From Escherichia coli (GTDB lineage: Bacteria > Pseudomonadota > Gammaproteobacteria > Enterobacterales > Enterobacteriaceae), in assembly GCF_030013595.1 (NCBI RefSeq), contig NZ_CP122768.1: DNA of 64,000 nt; one strand, given 5' to 3'. Made by a program: the position numbers and the translations under genes. Below, piece after piece: positions 52,974 to 63,369 of this stretch (position 1 is its first letter; each line of letters opens with the position of its first letter). The notes under the pieces were generated by a model. The model was given only the letters and a program-made list of their open reading frames with translations, ran no database searches and was not told the origin of the DNA.

Positions 52974-53593
52974 TGACCACATTTACCGATAAAGAACTGA
53001 TTAAAGAAATCAAAGAACGAATCAGCAGCCTAGAGGTTCGAGACGATATTGAGCGCCGTGCTTATGAAATTGCTCTGGCATCGCTAGAAGAGGAGCCGGT
53101 GGCATGGCTGCATTCAGAAAATGGCTTAGGTATTCCGGCAATAACGAGGAGTAAAAACATTGCTGACAGTTGGTTATCAAAGGGCTGGTATGTTCAGCCG
53201 CTATATATAGCCAAGCCAGTGCCGGTGGTGCCAGATGCTCGTCCGTCTTTAAATAATGGCATAGTCGGTTTTGATGAAGGCTGGAACGCCTGCCGCGCCG
53301 CCATGCTTCATGGTGCCGAACCTGTAAGCCAGACTTACAAGTTGAACAAGCTGTCGGGCAACTCTCCAGTAACTCCGGATGGTTGGATAAGCTGTAGTGA
53401 GCGAATGCCGAACGATAAACAGTATGTTTGGTGTTGGGGGAAGCCTTACGGCTGGACTGAGTGCGATACCTTCGAAGGGTATTACGATTGGTCGAGAAAC
53501 AAATGGTGGGCAGTTACTGACGATAGGGAAGAACCGGCATCGAAAGTAACCCACTGGATGCCGCTACCGGAGCCGCCGCAGGAGGTGAAGTAA
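52973..53593 (+). CDS. DUF551 domain protein
   Basis: C-terminal VTHWMPLPEPP motif typical of DUF551 proteins in lambdoid early-left regions. Confidence 0.5.
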   Translation: MTTFTDKELIKEIKERISSLEVRDDIERRAYEIALASLEEEPVAWLHSENGLGIPAITRSKNIADSWLSKGWYVQPLYIAKPVPVVPDARPSLNNGIVGFDEGWNACRAAMLHGAEPVSQTYKLNKLSGNSPVTPDGWISCSERMPNDKQYVWCWGKPYGWTECDTFEGYYDWSRNKWWAVTDDREEPASKVTHWMPLPEPPQEVK

Positions 53594-53787
53594 TGAACAA
53601 CTTAATGACAACTAAACAAGTCGCCGACTTCTGTGGCGTTTCAGTATCGACTGTTCTTCGCTGGAACAGCGTAAACAGGAGAACTGGCCAGAAATACAGG
53701 CCTGACTTTCCAGATCCTGATATTAAATCCTGCCCAAATAAATGGGCATCACGCAAGATATACAGATTTGCTGGAGTTATTGAGTAA
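53593..53787 (+). CDS. AlpA/excisionase-like small HTH protein
   Basis: 64-aa ORF, TTKQVADFCGVSVSTVLRW HTH-like segment, near the integrase end. Confidence 0.45.
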   Translation: MNNLMTTKQVADFCGVSVSTVLRWNSVNRRTGQKYRPDFPDPDIKSCPNKWASRKIYRFAGVIE

Positions 53788-54025
53788 CGTGTATTATCTC
53801 AGATGGGAGCTGACATATCTATGGCACAGACCAAACTAATCTGACAGTCAAGTCTGTGCCAAGAGCAAACGTTGCTAATTTAATGTTAAGTTGTTTCTCT
53901 TGAAGACGATCACGCTATGATACAACCTATAAAATTATCGATATCTGAGAGAACCAGTAAAAAGTTTAAGTCAAGGGTTCTATAAGTGTGTTAATTTATT
54001 GGGAAGCAATAAGCTTCCCTTCTCT

Positions 54026-55726
54026 TTATTTAGGTACGCTATCAACACTTTTGAGAATCGTTGATGTTAAAGGCTGCGACTTTAGTAAGTCTCGAGAAAT
54101 ATCCGGATCTGGTATAGCTATTTTTACTAAACTCTCAAGTTTTTCAAACCACTCCCCATCATTCATTGAGAATAAGTTATGAAGAGCTTCATTTTTATTT
54201 TTGAACCCCCAAGCCTTATAATTATTACCACAGTATTTTGACGCAGCAGTTAGAATATGCCAGCGTAATTTTGAATACTTCCCATCAAACCTCTTATTTG
54301 AGATAAGAGCCTTTAGCCTATACAAGCAATAGCAAGATATATAATAATCATCCTCGAGGGCATCGGAAGAGAAAACCTCATTAAGTAAGTCACCAGTTAA
54401 CCTATTTGGATAACGACTGGAATAATCTGGTCTCATCATAACAATAGCAGCATATGCTCGCGCAACTTCTCTGATATCAAATATGCGTACTGGAGCTATA
54501 CTTTCTGAACTATACTGCCCCTTTCTTCTCTCAAAATAAATTTTATTTCCTTCAATAGCACCTTTAGCATTAAAATAATGTTCTAATTCCCTTAATTTTT
54601 TTAGCGTTGAAATGAACTGTGCATCTTCAACTTTAGATTGTCTATTCGTAGCTCGTACAATGTCATCAAGGATCGCTGGCTCATCGGTTTCAATTAATTT
54701 AATCATTAAACTAACTGATTCATCTACTTGAATGTCTTTTGATATAAGAACATTAGACGTTTGACATCCATTAACAATTTGAAAATCTCGTATAAAAATT
54801 TCTTGCCCTGCAGGCCTCACGCTTGATGCAACTATTGTCACTCCATTATTCATTAAACCAAATCTTGCTTTTTTTCCATCAGTATCTAGTGTTCCTGCAA
54901 TTTCTGAATTTACGTCACCATCAATTCCCAGAAAATCTCTAACATTTTCTTCGAATAATTTTTTTCGAGGGTTTCCATTTTTGTCTTTAAGTATAGAATC
55001 AATAAAACTACGAGCTTTGACTGTAGCTACATAGGCATTATTAATATTAGGGGCCGCTGGGAATGGAGCATAGCCTATTGTAGGAAGTTTAGCTTCTATT
55101 GGACCTTCCGCAGCAAGCCAAAGCTCATGAATCATGTCTTTGTGAGCCATAATGAAGGATGTTTCATGTGAAAACCCGAGTGACTTTAAGCTTTTTTCAC
55201 CCGATGCAAATGCAGCTTTTATTTCTCTGGCCTCTGTATTTTGTGCAGCACTAAAAAAATATGCGTATAAGTCTGGAAGGCCATTTTTGACTCTGCCGAT
55301 ATTAGCAAATATCAAGTTGAACATTTTTTTAAAGTCCGCTAGATATTCACTGTGGGGTTGTTGTGGCGCTGGTGAAAGATAATCTCTTATTGACGCAATG
55401 TAAGAGTCTATTTCCTGTTTGCTCCACTTCTCCGATGACTTAGCTTGCGTGAATACTAATGAAACTTGAAACTCGCGACGTGAGTTTTGGAAAATCTCCT
55501 GAAGTTCTTCAGTTGAAAAAATGGCTCTGTCGTCTAAAAATAAAAATGCTCCATCAATACCAGGGTCCGGGCCTTCATACACAAGATCACTGACCTCAAC
55601 TTTGTCGCCTGAGTATTTTGAAAAAGCACAATAGTTCACAAACGCCTCAAAATTTTTGGTCTCCTCATAGGGCGCAGCGAATGCTTTGCAAAAGGCATCG
55701 AAATAAGATTTCGTGACTAAATGCAT
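54026..55726 (-). CDS. AIPR-family abortive-infection-like protein (tentative)
   Basis: ~566-aa AT-rich ORF between AlpA-like gene and integrase; FQIVNGCQT motif as I recall for AIPR proteins; ATG 55726 preceded by AAAGGAG. Confidence 0.6.
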   Translation of the reverse strand: MHLVTKSYFDAFCKAFAAPYEETKNFEAFVNYCAFSKYSGDKVEVSDLVYEGPDPGIDGAFLFLDDRAIFSTEELQEIFQNSRREFQVSLVFTQAKSSEKWSKQEIDSYIASIRDYLSPAPQQPHSEYLADFKKMFNLIFANIGRVKNGLPDLYAYFFSAAQNTEAREIKAAFASGEKSLKSLGFSHETSFIMAHKDMIHELWLAAEGPIEAKLPTIGYAPFPAAPNINNAYVATVKARSFIDSILKDKNGNPRKKLFEENVRDFLGIDGDVNSEIAGTLDTDGKKARFGLMNNGVTIVASSVRPAGQEIFIRDFQIVNGCQTSNVLISKDIQVDESVSLMIKLIETDEPAILDDIVRATNRQSKVEDAQFISTLKKLRELEHYFNAKGAIEGNKIYFERRKGQYSSESIAPVRIFDIREVARAYAAIVMMRPDYSSRYPNRLTGDLLNEVFSSDALEDDYYISCYCLYRLKALISNKRFDGKYSKLRWHILTAASKYCGNNYKAWGFKNKNEALHNLFSMNDGEWFEKLESLVKIAIPDPDISRDLLKSQPLTSTILKSVDSVPK

Positions 55727-55982
55727 AAAAACTCCTTTCTGAAATAAGATAAGTTTATTAGAAACAACAAGATAAAGATAAAGATAATAGTAATACAAGT
55801 TAAAGACATACTGCATCACATAAGTTGGTCAAGATCAATAAATCAATAAGGATCCCCTATGTTTTATGTATTGTTGATAATTCTATCACCTCTTACTTCT
55901 GGTCTAAGCGTAACCTACTCAAGAATGCCATTGAAAATGTCCACTGTTCGCTCAAAACAGACTGTCAGGGCTACGCAAGCTG

Positions 55983-57206
55983 TCAGGTAGATTCTGGGCC
56001 AGTACAAGTAACGATCGATTCAACTCTCTCCCACCATGCCTGATATGCTTTACGCTGTTCTTCTAGATAATCGCTCTTGTCATAAACCTGCCAAACCCCT
56101 GGCAGTTTATGGCCGAGCATTATTTCTGCAATATGAGGAGCAGTAAGATCAGAAAAGTTTGTTCGTGCTGTTCGCCTCAAATCATGAAGAGACCAATGAG
56201 GGAATTGATGCCCCAAACGCCTCCATGCGTACTGCATTAAATTGTAAGGCAGCGACTGCAATGATGTTCGACCAACGGGTTCCCTGCTTCCTTCCTTAGT
56301 AAAAAGCATATCGGAACCATTGTTCATAGAGATAGCGTTCTTTATAAGCTCCTCCACCGGTTCAATAATGGGCCTCTTTAGCGGTTCGCCTGTTATCTCT
56401 CCAGTCTTATGTCGTTCTGGTGGTACAGTCCATACCTTATTAATGAAATCAAAATCGCCCACCCTGGCAGTAATTAGCTCTGAACTACGGCAGCCAAAAT
56501 GCAGCAATAGCTTAATGAAGGCCCGGTATTTAGGAACCATTCGAGAACCATCGATCGCAGAATAAAGGATTTTAATTTCATCATGTGTCAGAAACCGTTT
56601 CTTCTGACCTTTACGGATATCCATATCTTTACCCGTGATATCCGACAGCGGGCGAGTTTCAATGAGCTTTCTCTTATACGCCCAGACATGGGCCTGCTTT
56701 GCGTTAATTAGCAATCGGTCTGCTATTGCTGGAGTCTTAGTGCTAAGAGGCTCCAGGACTTCTAACCAATCATGCAATGTAGCTGCATCGTGAGGGATAT
56801 TCCCGATTTTAGAGAACAGGTGCAGCTCAAACGAGCGGAGTATCTGTTCAGAACCTTTTTTATTTTTTACACAATATGCTTCATACCAGGCACGGATCAC
56901 AGACTCTACCGTCATGGCTTCAGTAGCTTTTCGTTTTTCAGCCTGCTTGACCAATCGTGGATTACGGTTTGACTCAAGTTCACCACGGAGACGGATAACT
57001 TCTTCTCTGGCCTCTTTTAATCCAGTTGCCGGGTAAGTTCCGATATCAAGACGCTCACCTTTCCCTGCCCATTGATAACGATATTGGAACACTACGCGAC
57101 CTTTCGGTGATACTCTGACAGACAGACCATCACGATCGGATTTAACCAAAACCTTATCACGTTCCTTTCCAACGACTGAACGCAACCACGCATCAGACAA
57201 CGCCAT
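55983..57206 (-). CDS. int: tyrosine integrase (P4-like, N-terminal arm-binding domain)
   Basis: 407-aa ORF; N-terminal LSVRVSPKGRVVFQYRYQWAGKGERLDIGTYP; catalytic-region motifs LHDLRRTARTNF and IMLGHK. Confidence 0.9.
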   Translation of the reverse strand: MALSDAWLRSVVGKERDKVLVKSDRDGLSVRVSPKGRVVFQYRYQWAGKGERLDIGTYPATGLKEAREEVIRLRGELESNRNPRLVKQAEKRKATEAMTVESVIRAWYEAYCVKNKKGSEQILRSFELHLFSKIGNIPHDAATLHDWLEVLEPLSTKTPAIADRLLINAKQAHVWAYKRKLIETRPLSDITGKDMDIRKGQKKRFLTHDEIKILYSAIDGSRMVPKYRAFIKLLLHFGCRSSELITARVGDFDFINKVWTVPPERHKTGEITGEPLKRPIIEPVEELIKNAISMNNGSDMLFTKEGSREPVGRTSLQSLPYNLMQYAWRRLGHQFPHWSLHDLRRTARTNFSDLTAPHIAEIMLGHKLPGVWQVYDKSDYLEEQRKAYQAWWERVESIVTCTGPEST

Positions 57207-57225
57207 TACTCACCTTGTACAAATC

Positions 57226-57272
57226 GCAAAACACCTCTGCTGTTTTGTACATTATGTACAAGCATATGTACA
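57226..57272. repeat. cluster of four TGTACA hexamers (putative integrase arm-type sites, attL arm)
   Basis: TGTACA at 57226, 57246, 57255 and 57267, between the int start and the attL core. Confidence 0.35.
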
Positions 57273-57436
57273 GATTTTTGATGAAAGCAAACTGATCGAT
57301 TTAAAGTTACATGAAAGAATTTTCAATTAAAGAAGCCACATAACCAAATGTATTTAAATGAGTTATATAGCTCAAGCTCAATTAACTGAAAGGATTTTGA
57401 AAGAGTAAAAGAGCTTTAATTTGGGCTTAATTATTG

Positions 57437-57450
57437 GGGTGAGAAATAAT
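57437..57450. repeat. attL core (direct repeat GGGTGAGAAATAAT)
   Basis: Identical to 12091-12104. Confidence 0.65.
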
Positions 57451-57501
57451 GGCAAAAGTGCGGCGCTTCGCCACCTCTTGCAAATAAGGAGACAACGTCA
57501 T
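57437..57501 (-). pseudogene. displaced original 5' fragment of prfC
   Basis: Minus strand reads ATG ACG TTG TCT CCT TAT TTG CAA GAG GTG GCG AAG CGC CGC ACT TTT GCC ATT ATT TCT CAC CCC = [22 protein letters not shown], then diverges into phage sequence with a stop. Confidence 0.75.
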
Positions 57502-57590
57502 AATTCTTTCTTCTTGAGTAAGCGGCATCGCGCCGCGCTTGTTGAAAACGAAAAATTGCGGCTATTTTACCCATCAACGGGGGGAGGCAA

Positions 57591-58268
57591 TCAGTGTTTA
57601 CACAGGAGCTGCTCCAGTTCGTGCAACGAAGAAACGGTCCAGGTAGGCGCGATGCCTTCTGGTTGCTCGCGATTGTGCGCATTCAGCCAGCAGGTCGCAA
57701 GCCCGGCGTTGATGCCACCGAGAATATCGGACTCGGCAGTGTCGCCAACCATCAGCACGCGTGAACGGTCAGGATTGCCCGCCTGTTCCAGCGCATAATC
57801 GAAAATTTTCTTATTCGGTTTGGCAACGCCAACTTCTTCGGAAATCACCAGCAAATCGAAATAATCACGCAGGCCCGTGCGTTCCAGACGCACTTGCTGC
57901 AAGGCGCTAAAGCCGTTGGTGATGATGCCAATTTTAGCGTTGCCACGAATGGCGTTAAGCAGAGAAACCGCGCCCGGCAGCGGCGTACAGATTTCCGCCA
58001 TCGCATTAATAAAGGCTTCGTTGAGTTTACCCGGCTCGACGTTCAGCCGTTCGGCCCAGCTCTCAAACCGCCCGTGCTGAAGCTGTAATGAAGTGATCGC
58101 GCCGTTTTGATAATCCACCCACAGTGGCTTGTTAACGGCCTGATAGTCCTGAAAATCTTCAGCGGTAAAGGTGACGCTGTAATCAAGAAACATCCGCTGC
58201 AGGCCGGTGAATGAGTCAAAGGTAAACAGCGTTTCATCGGCATCAAAGAAAATCCAGTCCCACTTCAT
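57591..58268 (-). CDS. yjjG: HAD-family pyrimidine 5'-nucleotidase YjjG
   Basis: 225-aa translation [18 protein letters not shown]... matches YjjG; conserved position upstream of prfC. Confidence 0.92.
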   Translation of the reverse strand: MKWDWIFFDADETLFTFDSFTGLQRMFLDYSVTFTAEDFQDYQAVNKPLWVDYQNGAITSLQLQHGRFESWAERLNVEPGKLNEAFINAMAEICTPLPGAVSLLNAIRGNAKIGIITNGFSALQQVRLERTGLRDYFDLLVISEEVGVAKPNKKIFDYALEQAGNPDRSRVLMVGDTAESDILGGINAGLATCWLNAHNREQPEGIAPTWTVSSLHELEQLLCKH

Positions 58269-58282
58269 TATTCCACCTTGTC

Positions 58283-58729
58283 TTACATACTGATTGGCAA
58301 CGCCATGATGATGGCGTCTTCGCGACCGTCCGTGGTGGGGTAGTAATTGCGGCGAATTGTCGCCTCGTTAAAGCCTAAACTTTCGTACAGGGCAATGGCG
58401 GCAGCGTTTGAAGCACGGACTTCCAGCCATAGCGTCGCCACGCCGCGTTTTTCCAGTTCGTCGATCAGATGTTCCAGCAGCGCCCTTCCCAATCCCTGAC
58501 GCTGATAGTCAGGATCGACCGCAATATTGAACAATGTAGCTTCATCCAGCACCACTTGCGTAATCGCAAACGCCGCCATTTTGCCGTTTTGCGTTAACTG
58601 AAAGTTGAGATAACGCTCGCCCTGATTACTGGCAAAGGTTTTTTCACTCCACGGAAAGGCGTGGGCGCGTTGTTCAATGTGGTAAGCCGCTGGTAAATCA
58701 GTCGTTTCGAGGGAAGAAATCGTGTTCAT
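58283..58729 (-). CDS. rimI: ribosomal protein S18 alanine N-acetyltransferase
   Basis: 148-aa GNAT ORF ([21 protein letters not shown]); synteny holD-rimI-yjjG. Confidence 0.92.
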   Translation of the reverse strand: MNTISSLETTDLPAAYHIEQRAHAFPWSEKTFASNQGERYLNFQLTQNGKMAAFAITQVVLDEATLFNIAVDPDYQRQGLGRALLEHLIDELEKRGVATLWLEVRASNAAAIALYESLGFNEATIRRNYYPTTDGREDAIIMALPISM

Positions 58730-59111
58730 ATGTGCAAATTTGTTGCCATAACGCGGCGCGTGCCGTTGGGTTTGCCCGTAATTCGGTGAGCGCCGGTGAT
58801 GCCACCTGAGCGCCTTCCAGTGATAGCGGTTCGTCAGTACCCAACCGCCAGCTGTTGCAGCGACTGCCTTGCGGCAGCATCGCGATTTTTTCTGGCGTCA
58901 GTTGCAGCACTTGATCGGGGCTGACGGTTAATGCGCGCAGAACATCGCTCACTAAAGGATCGGTCAGGGCGGGAAGATCGTTTGCCACCATCACCAGACG
59001 GACGTGTGCCGGGATCGCAATGGCAATCTCCCCCTGCAACGCGCCAGGGCGACGCAGCGACCACTGGGTAATGCCCAGTTGCTGTAACTGCCAGTCTCGT
59101 CGGGATGTCAT
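58698..59111 (-). CDS. holD: DNA polymerase III psi subunit
   Basis: 137-aa translation MTSRRDWQLQQLGITQWSLRRPGALQGEIAIAIPAHVRLVMVA matches HolD. Confidence 0.9.
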   Translation of the reverse strand: MTSRRDWQLQQLGITQWSLRRPGALQGEIAIAIPAHVRLVMVANDLPALTDPLVSDVLRALTVSPDQVLQLTPEKIAMLPQGSRCNSWRLGTDEPLSLEGAQVASPALTELRANPTARAALWQQICTYEHDFFPRND

Positions 59112-59213
59112 AGCGAATCGCTCCTGTTGTCAGGGGCGCAAATATAGCAAATTCGTCGATACCGCGCCAACATATGGCTATAATCGCCGCCAGTATCAAT
59201 TGAGGAGCATTCC

Positions 59214-60245
59214 ATGTCTGCATTTACCCCGGCAAGTGAAGTCTTGCTGCGTCACAGTGATGATTTCGAACAAAGCCGTATTCTTTTTGCCGGAGACTTA
59301 CAGGATGACCTGCCCGCGCGTTTAGATACCGCGGCCAGCCGTGCTCATACCCAGCAATTCCACCATTGGCAGGTGTTAAGCCGCCAGATGGGGGATAACG
59401 CCCGTTTTAGTCTGGTCGCCACGGCGAATGATGTCGCAGATTGCGATACGTTGATTTACTACTGGCCGAAGAACAAACCGGAAGCCCAGTTCCAGTTGAT
59501 GAATTTACTTTCTCTGCTGCCGGTGGGCACGGATATTTTTGTCGTTGGCGAGAACCGCAGCGGCGTGCGCAGCGCCGAGCAGATGCTGGCAGATTATGCG
59601 CCGTTGAATAAAGTGGACAGCGCTCGTCGCTGTGGCCTCTATTTTGGTCGTCTGGAAAAACAGCCGGTGTTTGATGCCGATAAATTCTGGGGCGAATACA
59701 GCGTCGATGGCCTGACGGTCAAAACGCTGCCGGGCGTGTTTAGCCGCGACGGTCTGGATGTCGGTAGCCAGTTGCTGCTCTCGACGTTAACTCCGCACAC
59801 GAAAGGTAAAGTGCTGGATGTCGGCTGCGGCGCGGGCGTGCTTTCGGTTGCCTTTGCGCGCCATTCACCGAAAATTCGTCTCACTCTGTGCGATGTCTCT
59901 GCGCCAGCGGTAGAAGCCAGCCGCGCAACACTTGCGGCCAACGGTGTTGAAGGTGAAGTCTTTGCCAGTAACGTCTTTTCCGAGGTGAAAGGTCGTTTTG
60001 ATATGATCATCTCCAACCCGCCGTTCCACGATGGGATGCAAACCAGCCTCGATGCGGCGCAAACGCTGATTCGCGGCGCGGTGCGTCATCTTAATAGCGG
60101 CGGCGAGCTGCGAATTGTAGCGAACGCCTTCCTGCCTTATCCGGACGTGCTGGATGAGACATTTGGCTTCCACGAAGTGATCGCGCAAACCGGGCGCTTC
60201 AAGGTGTATCGCGCCATTATGACCCGCCAGGCGAAGAAAGGTTGA
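59214..60245 (+). CDS. rsmC: 16S rRNA m2G1207 methyltransferase
   Basis: 343-aa ORF with SAM-binding [12 protein letters not shown] and NPPFH motifs. Confidence 0.92.
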   Translation: MSAFTPASEVLLRHSDDFEQSRILFAGDLQDDLPARLDTAASRAHTQQFHHWQVLSRQMGDNARFSLVATANDVADCDTLIYYWPKNKPEAQFQLMNLLSLLPVGTDIFVVGENRSGVRSAEQMLADYAPLNKVDSARRCGLYFGRLEKQPVFDADKFWGEYSVDGLTVKTLPGVFSRDGLDVGSQLLLSTLTPHTKGKVLDVGCGAGVLSVAFARHSPKIRLTLCDVSAPAVEASRATLAANGVEGEVFASNVFSEVKGRFDMIISNPPFHDGMQTSLDAAQTLIRGAVRHLNSGGELRIVANAFLPYPDVLDETFGFHEVIAQTGRFKVYRAIMTRQAKKG

Positions 60246-60444
60246 GTATCTGATATCTGTCGCCGCATACCGTGTCGGATGCGGCGTACACGCCTTCTCT
60301 GACCGACAAACGAATTATCCACAATCCGCTGATGGACATTTTTCCAGCAATTACACCTCCGGCGATAATTAACTATTGACGAAAAGCTGAAAACCACTAG
60401 AATGCGCCTCCGTGGTAGCAATTCTTTTTAAGAATTGACGGTAT

Positions 60445-60531
60445 GCGAAGGTGGCGGAATTGGTAGACGCGCTAGCTTCAGGTGTTAGTGTCCTTACGGA
60501 CGTGGGGGTTCAAGTCCCCCCCCTCGCACCA
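60445..60531 (+). tRNA. leuQ: tRNA-Leu (CAG)
   Basis: GCGAAGGTGGCGGAATTGGTAGACGCGCTAGCTTCAGGTGTTAGTGTCCTTACGGACGTGGGGGTTCAAGTCCCCCCCCTCGCACCA; first of three tandem copies. Confidence 0.93.
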
Positions 60532-60559
60532 AAAACCACGTTGATATTGCTCGCACTGG

Positions 60560-60646
60560 GCGAAGGTGGCGGAATTGGTAGACGCGCTAGCTTCAGGTGT
60601 TAGTGTTCTTACGGACGTGGGGGTTCAAGTCCCCCCCCTCGCACCA
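60560..60646 (+). tRNA. leuP: tRNA-Leu (CAG), variant copy (C to T in variable arm)
   Basis: Same 87-nt sequence except GTGTTCTT instead of GTGTCCTT. Confidence 0.93.
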
Positions 60647-60680
60647 AACGAGGCGATATCAAAAAAAGTAAGATGACTGT

Positions 60681-60767
60681 GCGAAGGTGGCGGAATTGGT
60701 AGACGCGCTAGCTTCAGGTGTTAGTGTCCTTACGGACGTGGGGGTTCAAGTCCCCCCCCTCGCACCA
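60681..60767 (+). tRNA. leuV: tRNA-Leu (CAG)
   Basis: Third tandem copy, identical to the first. Confidence 0.93.
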
Positions 60768-60805
60768 ATTATCTTTACTTCCTTTCTTGTTGCTTCCCTG
60801 TTTTA

Positions 60806-61042
60806 TCATCCCTGTTTCAAATTCATTATCATCAGCATGATGCCAGCAATAAGCGCCAGGCACGATGGCAGCAAAACGTAATGCCGCAACTGTTTGTGAT
60901 ACAGCATCACCGGCGTCAATACTAATCCCATCAGAATGACAATCCGCCACTGATCCGGCGATAAATCCGCATACATCAGCCCTGCAATCAGCAATCCCGG
61001 CAGCAACACTCCCCAGCCACTGCCCAGCATACGTTGCAACAT
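60806..61042 (-). CDS. yjjZ: small inner-membrane protein YjjZ
   Basis: MLQRMLGSGWGVLLPGLLIAGLMYADLSPDQWRIVILMGLVLTPVMLYHKQLRHYVLLPSCLALIAGIMLMIMNLKQG; 78 aa from internal ATG. Confidence 0.6.
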   Translation of the reverse strand: MLQRMLGSGWGVLLPGLLIAGLMYADLSPDQWRIVILMGLVLTPVMLYHKQLRHYVLLPSCLALIAGIMLMIMNLKQG

Positions 61043-61182
61043 GGTTTCATCTCTTTCATTGATAATGATAACCAATATCATATGATAATTTTTATCATTT
61101 GCAAGCCAGAGAAATCCCTTGCTATCGGGTAAACCTATCGCTAGGATTAGCAATCATTATCATTTAGATTACTATCCCGATT

Positions 61183-61971
61183 ATGGCCTATCGTTCCGCA
61201 CCGCTCTATGAAGATGTTATCTGGCGAACGCATCTCCAGCCGCAGGATGCTGGGCTTGCACAAGCCGTACGGGCGACGATCGCCGAACATCGTGAACATT
61301 TGCTCGAGTTTATCCGCCTGGATGAACCCGCTCCGCTTAACGCCATGACGCTGGCGCAATGGTCATCAACGAATGCGCTAAGTTCTCTACTGGCGGTCTA
61401 TTCCGATCATATCTATCGCAACCAACCAACGATGATCCGCGAGAACAAACCGCTGATCTCACTATGGGCGCAATGGTATATCGGCCTGATGGTGCCACCA
61501 TTAATGTTGGCGCTGCTGACGCAGGAAAAAGCATTAGATGTGTCGCCGGAACATTTCCACGTTGAGTTTCACGAAACCGGACGCGCCGCCTGTTTCTGGG
61601 TCGATGTGTGTGAAGATAAAAACGCAACACTACATTCGCCGCAGCAGCGAATGGAAACGTTAATCAGTCAGGCGCTGGTTCCGGTAGTGCAGGCATTAGA
61701 AGCAACGGGAGAGATCAACGGCAAACTTATCTGGAGCAATACCGGTTATTTGATCAACTGGTATCTGACTGAGATGAAACAGCTGCTTGGCGAGGCGACG
61801 GTTGAATCGCTGCGCCATGCCCTCTTTTTTGAGAAAATGCTCACGAACGGTGAAGATAATCCACTCTGGCGTACCGTGGTACTGCGCGACGGCCTGCTGG
61901 TGCGCCGCACTTGCTGCCAGCGTTATCGCTTACCGGATGTGCAGCAATGTGGCGATTGTATGCTGAAATGA
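61183..61971 (+). CDS. fhuF: ferric-siderophore reductase FhuF
   Basis: 262-aa ORF with C-terminal CCQRYRLPDVQQCGDC [2Fe-2S]-type cysteine motif. Confidence 0.9.
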   Translation: MAYRSAPLYEDVIWRTHLQPQDAGLAQAVRATIAEHREHLLEFIRLDEPAPLNAMTLAQWSSTNALSSLLAVYSDHIYRNQPTMIRENKPLISLWAQWYIGLMVPPLMLALLTQEKALDVSPEHFHVEFHETGRAACFWVDVCEDKNATLHSPQQRMETLISQALVPVVQALEATGEINGKLIWSNTGYLINWYLTEMKQLLGEATVESLRHALFFEKMLTNGEDNPLWRTVVLRDGLLVRRTCCQRYRLPDVQQCGDCMLK

Positions 61972-62008
61972 AAGCACTGCCGGGGAAGTAAACCCGGCAT
62001 CATGCGGA

Positions 62009-62686
62009 TTAATAGGGATGCAACACATTACTTGCTTCGCAATGCCGCATACATAACAGAATATCTGCGGCCTCCAACAACCCTGCATCAGAACTTACGC
62101 CCAGTTTCGACATCACATTAAATTTATGTGCACGGATCGTTTTGATATTGCGTTTAAGCTGCTCGGCAATTTGTGTCATTGAGTAGCCACGCGACATAAA
62201 GCGCAATATTTCTCTCTCCGTCGGGCTTAGCGTTCGGCTTTGATTAATGTACCACTGATTGTTCAGTCGGTCGGTCGCCTGACGTACACCATTTAATGAC
62301 AAAAAGAGTTCCTGATGAAAAATCTCCAGCGTTGACGCTTTACTTAATACACCGTCCAACGGTGATGGCGACAATGAACCAATCAGCCGAGCTTCAATAT
62401 CATCATCCGCAATAACTAAACGCCGGGTACGCGGAAACTTAATCGCCAGTTCAGTCAGGCAAGATAATCCCTCTCTGCGCTCACTTCTCATGGCAGAAAA
62501 AGAAAAAATGACCGCCGCAAACGAGATCCGCGACATGGCATCCTGAAATGACTCCTGACTGGTATAGGTATGGAGCTTATAAGGGTTACCCGCAAACTTT
62601 CTGAATAAACTCTCAATACCGATACTACTCATGACGCATTTTTCTATGAGTGCGACATTTCTCTTCTTAATTCGGCTGTGTTCCAT
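62009..62686 (-). CDS. bglJ: LuxR-family transcriptional regulator BglJ
   Basis: 225-aa ORF with C-terminal LuxR-type HTH ([45 protein letters not shown]). Confidence 0.85.
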
Positions 62687-63369
62687 TCTGCGGCATCTCC
62701 ATAAACAGAAGGCAAGTTAAGTTCTCTTGCACCCTGCGCGCTATTTATCCATGCATACATTTCAGCGTTGCTGTGAATTGCCAGTCGACGCATCGCACTG
62801 TTTTTTTGGGCGCTGATAGTTTTATTACTTTTCTTAAGCAATGAAGCTATCTGGTTGATGCCCCATCCTTTACCTAATAGCCGCAGTACCTTGCGCTCTG
62901 AAAGAGTGAGAATGACGGAGCGATAGCTAAAATCATGAGTTTCAGTCATTGCCGGAGAGGTCAGCATGGCGCTGATACGCTCTGCGTGCGTATTGCCGGA
63001 ACGTACGGTCTTGACCAGATTCTCAATGGGTTCAACATCAGACAATAACGTTGCCGTAGGGCACATAAGCAGTTCTACTGCCTGGGAATACCAGGAGCGT
63101 GACACCATGAAAACCCAGTGAATTTCCCGATATTGTGAGATTAAAGAATAATAATGTTCACAAACAGAACGTGGATCTTCACTTTCACCGGCTAAATCAG
63201 CAATGACTAATCCGGAACGACGTAATTGTAATAAGGTAAGGTCCTCCGCAGAGGCGCTGGATATTATTTCATATTCAGGGAAGTGAGTCCTCATGACCTC
63301 TTTTAACCCTGCTTGCATAACAGGTATTTTACTGATAACAATTCCATTTTTGCAGCATCCTGGCAACAT
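62644..63369 (-). CDS. yjjQ: LuxR-family transcriptional regulator YjjQ
   Basis: 241-aa ORF with C-terminal LuxR-type HTH ([44 protein letters not shown]); overlaps bglJ start. Confidence 0.85.

Noticed and set aside
60445-60767. Regular array of three ~87-bp repeats with short spacers (CRISPR-like at first glance)
   Set aside because: Each repeat is a complete tRNA-Leu gene with a cloverleaf and 3' CCA. The repeat length and spacer sizes are wrong for CRISPR, and there are no cas genes.
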